A stretch of 64,000 nucleotides of DNA, from positions 199-64,198 of the forward strand of contig JAGBXP010000046.1 of assembly GCA_017629215.1 (NCBI GenBank), read 5' to 3'. The position numbers were made by a program, and so were the translations under genes. Numbering within the stretch: the stretch's first letter is position 1; every line of letters starts with the position of its first letter. Source of the stretch: a bacterium. GTDB taxonomy: Bacteria; Cyanobacteriota; Vampirovibrionia; Gastranaerophilales; Gastranaerophilaceae. Positions 1-6,436 of the stretch are shown in pieces. The notes under the pieces were generated by a model, which was not told where the DNA came from, ran no database searches, and saw nothing but the letters and a program-made list of their open reading frames with translations.

Positions 1-555
1 GAGGCTCGAAGAAGGCAGAATATCGACACAAATCAGCTTGATGACTTAATGCTTGTGGCAGAGGTCAAAACCATTCAGCGAAACGGCATTCGCTTTTTAA
101 ATTGCGATTATTTTGACGAACGACTTTATGGGTTCAAAAGCAAAGTGCTTATAAAATACAATCTTTTTGACCTGACGCATATCAAGGTCTACACCCTAAA
201 AGGCGAGTTTTTATGCACAGCAGAACGTGTAACCGAAACGCATCCGATGGCGAAAATTTTAGGAACTGTCGAAGATATGGAAGATTTCAAACAGAAAATC
301 CAAAAACAAAAACGACTAAAAAGAAAGACAATAAATAGCCTCAAAGCCTATTTACCACAAGAAGAAATTAAATTGTTAGAACATAAAATTGAACGGCCCG
401 TTGTTCAAACCGGGTTCAAAGAGTGTTCAATTGCCGTTCAAGGAATGTTCAAGAATAACGCAGAAAAATATGAGTACCTAATCAAGCACAACCCCGATGA
501 TGCTTGGATTACAGAATTTAAAAAGACAAAGGAGTATCGATTGCTATATGAATAA
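1..555 (+). CDS. DDE transposase, C-terminal part (MuA / TnsB / TniA family); 5' end outside window
   Basis: Frame is open from nt 1. '...VKTIQRNGIRFLNCDYFDERLYGFKSKVLIKYNLFDLTHIKVY...' fits the Mu-transposase C-terminal barrel pattern. An overlapping AAA+ gene follows, as in tniA-tniB / MuA-MuB pairs. Confidence 0.7.
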   Translation, partial: EARRRQNIDTNQLDDLMLVAEVKTIQRNGIRFLNCDYFDERLYGFKSKVLIKYNLFDLTHIKVYTLKGEFLCTAERVTETHPMAKILGTVEDMEDFKQKIQKQKRLKRKTINSLKAYLPQEEIKLLEHKIERPVVQTGFKECSIAVQGMFKNNAEKYEYLIKHNPDDAWITEFKKTKEYRLLYE

Positions 556-1228
556 AACTTTTGTTAAAACGCAAAACGTGCGAAATTTTATCGGACTTAT
601 CGAAAATTTACAAAACAAACCAAAAAATATTCCCAAAATGGCGCTAGTCTATGGCGAGCCTGGGCTAGGCAAATCGCAAACAGCACTTTGGCTTGCGTGT
701 AAATATGATGCGATTTATTTAAGGGCTGCGAATTTGATGTCCGTCAGATGGCTTTTAGAGGAACTGATCAAAGAAATGGACGAAATTCCAAGCTACTTGA
801 GCTCAAATAATTTTAATATCATTATTAAAAAGCTCAAAGCCAAGCCACAGCTGATTATCATCGATGAAATCGACTATCTGCTGAACGATTTTAAGACGAT
901 TGAAACCCTGAGGGATATCCACGACAAAACCGAATGCCCGATAGTGTTTGTTGGGATGAGTTTGGTGCATAAAAAACTCGAACGCTACAAACATTTATAC
1001 GATAGATTCTCTGAAATCGTGAAGTTTGAAACCTTTGGCGTGACGGATTTAAAGCAAATTTTCGATAGTCTTTCGGAAATTCCGTTCACGACCGAAAGTA
1101 TTGAATACATCCACCCAAAATACAATCGTTTTAGACAAATCGTCCAGCTTATTAACCAACTTGAAACTTATGCAAAAGATAATGGAATAACTGAATTCAC
1201 GCTAGAAACGATTCGAGGTTTATTATGA
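548..1228 (+). CDS. TniB / MuB / TnsC-like AAA+ transposition ATPase
   Basis: Walker A 'GEPGLGKSQ' and Walker B 'LIIIDEIDYL'. ATG at 548 overlaps the transposase stop (tATGaaTAA). The tracked ORF 497.. has no SD, so the start is moved to 548. Confidence 0.7.
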   Translation: MNKTFVKTQNVRNFIGLIENLQNKPKNIPKMALVYGEPGLGKSQTALWLACKYDAIYLRAANLMSVRWLLEELIKEMDEIPSYLSSNNFNIIIKKLKAKPQLIIIDEIDYLLNDFKTIETLRDIHDKTECPIVFVGMSLVHKKLERYKHLYDRFSEIVKFETFGVTDLKQIFDSLSEIPFTTESIEYIHPKYNRFRQIVQLINQLETYAKDNGITEFTLETIRGLL

Positions 1229-1779
1229 ACATAGAAAAATTAGCGAAACGATTGAGGGAGTTCACTCTCGACGAAATCGAAATGATTGCTGAAGCTAACG
1301 TTGAAACGGAGCTTGAACGCCTCTTGAACGAGGGTAAAATAGCGTTTGACCAAGGTTGCTACAAATACGTTGAAAAAGCAGAAATAATCGACTATGCGAT
1401 ATTTTCGGCTGAGGCGTTGACTAATGAGCCTTTGAATTTTGAAACGGCAGTAAAATACTTTTTAGAAAAATATGCCAAAACAACTTGCACCAAAAGGACT
1501 TACGAGACTTATGAATCGATTTTTAGGATAAATATTTTGCCATTTTTTAGGGGCAAAATCATTCAAGAAATTACAATTGACGATATAAAAGCTTTTTATG
1601 CAAGTTGCAAAACTAGGAATTTAGGACATAGAAGATTGAAAAACACTTTGACACAGCTCAACCAACTTTTGAAATACTGTAAGTCGCAAGGCTTGATTTC
1701 AAGTTGCTGTAGTTTTCAGGTTAAAAGGCTTAATGAGAAGAATGAATTTAGTATGAATAGAATAATTTTCGAGGACTAA
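1225..1779 (+). CDS. Tyrosine-recombinase N-terminal SAM-like (core-binding) domain protein with no catalytic domain
   Basis: 'FETAVKYFLEKYAKTTCTKRTYETYESIFRINILPFFRGKIIQEITIDDIKAFY...LKNTLTQLNQLLKYCKSQGLIS' matches the integrase core-binding pattern. The ORF stops ~25 aa later, before any R..HxxR..Y catalytic domain. ATGA overlap with the upstream gene. Confidence 0.55.
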   Translation: MNIEKLAKRLREFTLDEIEMIAEANVETELERLLNEGKIAFDQGCYKYVEKAEIIDYAIFSAEALTNEPLNFETAVKYFLEKYAKTTCTKRTYETYESIFRINILPFFRGKIIQEITIDDIKAFYASCKTRNLGHRRLKNTLTQLNQLLKYCKSQGLISSCCSFQVKRLNEKNEFSMNRIIFED

Positions 1780-1781
1780 AA

Positions 1782-2189
1782 ATGAGTAAAATGAAATATT
1801 ATAAACACGCTGAAACCTTGTTTTTGCAAGACAATTTGTCAGTAGATGAAATTTGTAAAAACTTGAATGTCTCTCGACGCACGCTTTTTTATTGGAGAGA
1901 AAAGTACGAGTGGGACAAGAAAAAAGCCGCAAAATTTGCGAAAAAAGAGGATTTTTCAAAAGAGCTGCAAGGGTTTGTGGAAAAACTGATGGCAAAAATC
2001 ACAACCGATATGCAAAACAAAAAACCAGTGAATCAGTCAGAGTTTTATACTCTGACAAACTTGCTGAAATATTTGCCAGACTTGGTGAAATTGGAAATCA
2101 AAGAACAAACCCAAACCCCAAAATCCACCGGCCAACTCTCCGAAGATTTTGTTAAACAAATTGAAAAAGAGTTCTTTGGGATAGAGTAA
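1782..2189 (+). CDS. HTH protein, Mu gp27 / DUF1804-like (small-terminase-like DNA-binding)
   Basis: 'LSVDEICKNLNVSRRTLFYWREKYEWDKKKAA' resembles the HTH plus W-x-x-x-x-WDK signature of Mu-like gp27-type proteins. Starts 2 nt after the upstream stop. Confidence 0.45.
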   Translation: MSKMKYYKHAETLFLQDNLSVDEICKNLNVSRRTLFYWREKYEWDKKKAAKFAKKEDFSKELQGFVEKLMAKITTDMQNKKPVNQSEFYTLTNLLKYLPDLVKLEIKEQTQTPKSTGQLSEDFVKQIEKEFFGIE

Positions 2190-2441
2190 TTATAAATATT
2201 TTGATAAATTGTAAGCATTGGTGCCAAAAGCTAAAGCTTGACCTTCGAGAGTTTTAGGAGGATTGATTAAATCTAAAGCTCCAGACACGCCATCACAAAT
2301 AGCCTCAGCTTGCCTTCTTTTCATAGGATGTACGGAATTAATTATTACGTTTGATAAGAAAATTTTGGAAATATATTTTTGCAAATCTTGTTCCACTGCT
2401 TGTATATATTCTAGAGAATATCTTTGGTTAGGGTAGTTCAT
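2190..2441 (-). CDS. Hypothetical protein (83 aa)
   Basis: Strong SD (AAGGAGGT, 7 nt spacer) before the ATG. Convergent with 1782..2189. Confidence 0.55.
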   Translation of the reverse strand: MNYPNQRYSLEYIQAVEQDLQKYISKIFLSNVIINSVHPMKRRQAEAICDGVSGALDLINPPKTLEGQALAFGTNAYNLSKYL

Positions 2442-2567
2442 CTTTATTACCTCCTTTGGTCTTATATTATCATTTTTAAAGTTTTTACAAAAATTTCAAT
2501 AGTCTACTAAGGCTATAAATATCTAATTCTTATTTTTTGTGATACTCTAAAGAAAAAGGAGTTGCGT

Positions 2568-3497
2568 ATGGTGGTGTTAGGCAAATTAAAAAAAGTTGAT
2601 TTACGTGAAGCTTGGAAACATGAAGCATTGGATTTTACAAATTGGCTTGCAAAAGAAGAAAATTTATCTTTATTGGGTGAAGAAATTGGTCTAGAAATAG
2701 ATTTGATAGAAAAAGAAGCCAATGTAGGTTCGTATCGGGTAGATATTCTTGCGGAAGAATGTGGCACAGACCGAAAAATTGTTATTGAGAATCAGCTTGA
2801 ATATACCAATCATGGACATTTAGGGCAACTTATAACTTATGCATCTGGATATGACGCTGAAATTATTATTTGGATAGTTAAGGAAGTTCGTAGCGAACAC
2901 AAGCAAGCAATTGACTGGTTAAATGAACATACGGATGACAATATACATTTCTTTGCTATAAAAATGGAATTATGGCAAATTGGAGATTCTGAACTAGCAC
3001 CAAAATTTCAAATAATTTGTAAGCCAAATCAATGGGCAAAAATTTTAAAGAAAAATCCTTCAGAAAAAACTAATACTCAACTACAAAGGCTTGAATTTTG
3101 GACTGCGTTAAACGAATATTTGGAAAATAAAAAATCTAATGTCTCTCCACAAAAACCATCGTCAGATCATTGGAATAATGTTTCAATAGGTACGTCCAAA
3201 GCTCATATTTCACTTAGTCTTTTGTCAAAAGATAAAAAAATAGCTTGTGAATTACATATACCTGACAATAAAGATTTTTATCATTATCTTGAGGAAAATA
3301 AAACAGAAATAGAATCTCTTTTTGGTGAAAAACTCATTTGGAAAGAATTAAAAGATAAAAAAGCAAGTAGAATTATTATTGAAAGAGATAACTTTAATTT
3401 GTTTAATAATGAAAATTGGGAAACAGATTTTGATTGGTTTGAAGAAAAAGTTTTAAAATTCAAAAAAGCTATTTGTCCTTTTATAAAGTTAGGTTAG
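2568..3497 (+). CDS. PD-(D/E)xK nuclease-fold protein with DUF4268-like C-terminal domain
   Basis: 'LGKLKKVDLREAWKHEALDFTNWL...YRVDILAEECGTDRKIVIENQLEYTNHGHLGQLITYA...AIDWLN' is the typical N-terminal pattern of this family. SD AAAGGAG lies 5 nt before ATG 2568; the track start 2562 is a TTG. Confidence 0.7.
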   Translation: MVVLGKLKKVDLREAWKHEALDFTNWLAKEENLSLLGEEIGLEIDLIEKEANVGSYRVDILAEECGTDRKIVIENQLEYTNHGHLGQLITYASGYDAEIIIWIVKEVRSEHKQAIDWLNEHTDDNIHFFAIKMELWQIGDSELAPKFQIICKPNQWAKILKKNPSEKTNTQLQRLEFWTALNEYLENKKSNVSPQKPSSDHWNNVSIGTSKAHISLSLLSKDKKIACELHIPDNKDFYHYLEENKTEIESLFGEKLIWKELKDKKASRIIIERDNFNLFNNENWETDFDWFEEKVLKFKKAICPFIKLG

Positions 3498-3727
3498 ATT
3501 TCTTCAATATACCAAACTGAATTTCCAAAATTATTGAAGTTGTATCTTATCTGAAAATAGAAATTAAATTCAATGGAATTATCGTCTTTGTAGTTGTAAA
3601 AAGGCTTATTTAATTCGGTTTTGCGAAAACTTTCAAAGGCAATTTGAATTTCTTTTGCAAACTTTTTTCTAAATTCTGAATATTCCATTTCTAAAGTTTC
3701 TCTAGTTCTTCTATTTTTCAAAATCAT
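3494..3727 (-). CDS. Hypothetical protein (~77 aa)
   Basis: ORF with AAGAGGG SD. Overlaps the upstream 66-aa ORF by 17 nt, giving a coupled pair. Confidence 0.45.
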   Translation of the reverse strand: MILKNRRTRETLEMEYSEFRKKFAKEIQIAFESFRKTELNKPFYNYKDDNSIEFNFYFQIRYNFNNFGNSVWYIEEI

Positions 3728-3911
3728 CTTCAAACCCTCTTATATTATCAAGTTCAATGTTGTATTTTTTGCCTTGCCTATCTACACAGGTGGCAAAATC
3801 TATTTCTACATCCGCAAATTTGTTTTTCCAAGTACAAATCAATAACCCAATTTCCTGCGTTTTAAGATTTAAAATCTTTGTTCCGTATAAGTGATAATCT
3901 TTTTCTACCAT
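3711..3911 (-). CDS. Hypothetical protein (66 aa)
   Basis: AAAGGAG SD 6 nt before the ATG. First gene of a two-gene overlapping pair. Confidence 0.5.
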   Translation of the reverse strand: MVEKDYHLYGTKILNLKTQEIGLLICTWKNKFADVEIDFATCVDRQGKKYNIELDNIRGFEDDFEK

Positions 3912-3998
3912 ATTTTGCTCCTTTCAAGCTATGATATTAATCACTCTTTCAACCAGAAACATCAAGTGCATAAAACAATTTCGTATCATTTCAACACA

Positions 3999-4037
3999 TT
4001 TAAAAGCTGTTTAAATACCGTTTAAAAGGCGTTTAAA
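3999..4037. repeat. Phased TTTAAA array (4 copies, exact 11-nt period)
   Basis: TTTAAA at 3999, 4010, 4021 and 4032, immediately 3' of the stop of the minus-strand ORF 4051..4269. Same architecture as 16519..16566. Confidence 0.8.
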
Positions 4038-4050
4038 AAGTGTTCACAAA

Positions 4051-4269
4051 TTATTCATCGATACTTTCAGGATAATTAATAAAAAATGCATTAACTTGGT
4101 CTGCATCTCTGCGCAAATTTTTAACAACAGGAGCTAAGTTATAAAGTTCTTCATATTCCTTTTGTGATGAGCAAAAATAATCAATAACTACAGTGGTGTT
4201 GTAGATGTTTTCAGCATATTTTTCTAACTTCTTAAAATCTTTTCTTTTGATAACAAATCTTTCTTCCAT
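4051..4269 (-). CDS. Hypothetical protein (72 aa), downstream partner of the RT
   Basis: AAAGGAGGT SD 6 nt before ATG 4269 ('MEERFVIKRKDFKK...'); the longer tracked start 4296 lacks an SD. Lies 70 nt downstream of the RT stop on the same strand. Confidence 0.55.
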   Translation of the reverse strand: MEERFVIKRKDFKKLEKYAENIYNTTVVIDYFCSSQKEYEELYNLAPVVKNLRRDADQVNAFFINYPESIDE

Positions 4270-4339
4270 ACACAACCTCCTTTTAGGCTGTGACATACAT
4301 CACTTGAAATTTAACGGAAGTCAAGTAAAAAAATCAGCT

Positions 4340-6028
4340 TTAATTTAAACTATTACAAAGACTTGCAAGCTCTTCATCAGCTTTTTTAATATAGTCATTC
4401 AATCGCTTAAAATGATTATTTATTTGTTGCTTTATTACCGAAGTATTAAATACTGTGTCAAAGGTCCTATAAGCGTATGTTATAAAATTACGTTTACCAA
4501 GATGTGTATACTGCTCATATAGATGATGGCGGTATAGTTTTTTTTGTTTTTCTTGTATCTGTATTTTTTGTTTATGCATATTTTTTAGTTTTTGTTTAGC
4601 ATTCAGTTTCATCGCAGACACAGCACGTCTAGATTTTCTTAAATATCTAGCCAAGCTACCTTCTCTAATCCTTACTTTTTCTCCGTCGAAATAAAAACCT
4701 AAATATTGAAGAGGTTGCTGTTTAATTTTAGTAGCATCGGTAAAATCATAACACTGACTTTTTGAATAATTATCCCATTTTTCAATTGGATGAATTTCTA
4801 GATTCTCTCCCCTTTCATAAATATACTCTTTAATCTTATCTATAATTTTTTCTTTAATATCTTCATCATGCGGACAAATAAACATTATGTCATCACAATA
4901 ACGCCTATACAAACCGCCAACATCTTCTGCAAGTCTTTTCATTGCTGAATCAAAAGGTATCATATAAATATTAGATAGGAGCGCTGACATTGCCGAACCT
5001 TGTGGAATTCCATATGGCTTAGGCGCATAAAAACCTTCGTTTCTATGAAATTTTTTATGCTCAGTATCTTTATAAAATTTTTTATACCAATCCTTAAAGC
5101 TTCTAAAGTTTTCTGCATTTTTAAATAAAATTTTAGGAATCTTTTTGTATATTTTTTTGTTACATTTTACACAATTAACTTGCAAGCAGGGTTTCTTTTT
5201 ATCTTTATTTACATAGTAACAAACTTCCTTCATATCTATGTAACAGTACTTGGTTAATGATTTATATATATTTAGATGATCATCTGGTAATTTATCGGCT
5301 TCAAGTACTTTTGCCCATTCTGCATAGAGATTTTTGTGATCTATATAGTCATAAAAGCTGTGAATATCAAAAGCTAGTGCATAACAATTATTCCCACTTT
5401 TTTTTATTTCTTCAAAAACATCTCTTGCCATAGTACAGTTATTTGGACTAATTTCTTTATCATTTATTTTTACAGGCGGAAGTTTTCTATATGCTAAAAT
5501 AACATCACCTAAATCTAATTCTTGTATTCTTTTTTCATATTTTTCGCTCAATAGACTTGCATAGTGAGCATAAATATATCCATCAATATGAGAAGCATAT
5601 CTAATCGGACGTTTTTTGATAATACCTTTCTTCTTTAAATTATCTAACGCTTCTATACACTTATCTTTTTCTATTCCGGATAATTCAAGCTGTTTTCTCT
5701 TATAATATTTAATTTTATTGATTAAATTTGATCGTCTTTCTTTTATATCAAAAGCTATAAAGGGATAAAATGCATGCTTTGCAATTTTTTCCGGAGAATT
5801 TAAAAACGAATGTAGCGAATCAATTTGATGCTTAATTTTCTTTTGCGATGCAGGTGTTATTACATATTTTGTTTTAGTACTTGATTTATCTTTTGTGATA
5901 TATCTACCGAAAGAGAAAGGTCTATCAAAGTGAGCAAAACTTTTTAGATTGAAGGTTGGGATTTTTTCAGAAACCTGCTGGGTTAAATTACTTTTCAGTT
6001 TGTTGTAATTATTTTGCTTTTTAGACAT
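4340..6028 (-). CDS. Reverse transcriptase, UG/Abi (defence-associated) class-like, 562 aa
   Basis: RT motifs 'RPIRYASHIDGYIYAHYASLL', 'LAFDIHSFYDYIDH', 'GIPQGSAMSALLSNIYM', 'YCDD' (nt 4889-4900) and 'LQYLGFYFDG'. No maturase/En domain and no retron-like features. Confidence 0.85.
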   Translation of the reverse strand: MSKKQNNYNKLKSNLTQQVSEKIPTFNLKSFAHFDRPFSFGRYITKDKSSTKTKYVITPASQKKIKHQIDSLHSFLNSPEKIAKHAFYPFIAFDIKERRSNLINKIKYYKRKQLELSGIEKDKCIEALDNLKKKGIIKKRPIRYASHIDGYIYAHYASLLSEKYEKRIQELDLGDVILAYRKLPPVKINDKEISPNNCTMARDVFEEIKKSGNNCYALAFDIHSFYDYIDHKNLYAEWAKVLEADKLPDDHLNIYKSLTKYCYIDMKEVCYYVNKDKKKPCLQVNCVKCNKKIYKKIPKILFKNAENFRSFKDWYKKFYKDTEHKKFHRNEGFYAPKPYGIPQGSAMSALLSNIYMIPFDSAMKRLAEDVGGLYRRYCDDIMFICPHDEDIKEKIIDKIKEYIYERGENLEIHPIEKWDNYSKSQCYDFTDATKIKQQPLQYLGFYFDGEKVRIREGSLARYLRKSRRAVSAMKLNAKQKLKNMHKQKIQIQEKQKKLYRHHLYEQYTHLGKRNFITYAYRTFDTVFNTSVIKQQINNHFKRLNDYIKKADEELASLCNSLN

Positions 6029-6436
6029 ATATTTCCTTTTTTAGCACGGAAGACACTCGGATTCGTTCGTCCATAAGAGTGTCTTCCAAAACTTAGCCTT
6101 CTTTATCAGAAGAACATTTTCTTTGACAATTCAAGTCGTCTTTCAACCTTCTTGTCTTGTTAAAAGTTTCATATCCCTGTCAACAACGAGTTTATACTCT
6201 ATGTTATAATGGTAAATATAACCTTAGAAAGGAGATACTAATGATATTCTTAACCATTCTGATTGAAGGTTTAAGGTTCTACCTTAGTAAACACCTTCTT
6301 GTGAAGATAATAACGCGAAGCGTTATTATACTTTACAAAGTTTATTCACCTCCCACCTGCCAAATTAGAATTTCTAACCAACAAATGGCATTATAATGTT
6401 ATCATAAAAATAATATTTTTATAAAAAACTTAATTA
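6029..6436 (-). ncRNA. Candidate structured non-coding leader / RT-associated ncRNA
   Basis: 408-nt gap between hsdS stop and RT start. Perfect 11-bp hairpin 6048-6058/6077-6087 ends 20 nt before the RT SD. Perfect 10-bp hairpin 6307-6316/6320-6329. Three CCTTCTT(G/T)T motifs at 6097, 6147 and 6294. Confidence 0.35.
6241..6396 (+). CDS. Candidate 51-aa hydrophobic peptide, antisense to the RT leader
   Basis: Extended -10 TGtTATAAT (6202-6210), SD AAAGGAG (6228-6234) and ATG 6241. 'MIFLTILIEGLRFYLSKHLLVKIITRSVIILYKVY...'. The frame is open 6127-6396. Confidence 0.25.
   Translation: MIFLTILIEGLRFYLSKHLLVKIITRSVIILYKVYSPPTCQIRISNQQMAL

Larger units (their letters stand above)
1..2189 (+). mobile_element. 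Transposition module of a Mu/Tn7-superfamily element (extent and ends not determined; left part outside window)
   Basis: Four tightly coupled co-oriented genes: transposase, AAA+ ATPase, core-binding-domain protein and HTH protein. No terminal inverted repeat was identified inside the window. Confidence 0.5.

Noticed and set aside
4340-6436. RT as a retron, group II intron or diversity-generating retroelement.
   Set aside because: - Retron: the protein is too long, and I could not identify a1/a2-type flanking inverted repeats or a branching-G context.
- Group II intron: there is no maturase/En domain and no intron RNA domains.
- DGR: there is no ~100-nt template/variable repeat pair with A-specific mismatches. 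The 38-nt repeats at 14.09 and 16.45 kb differ at non-A positions and are far from the RT.
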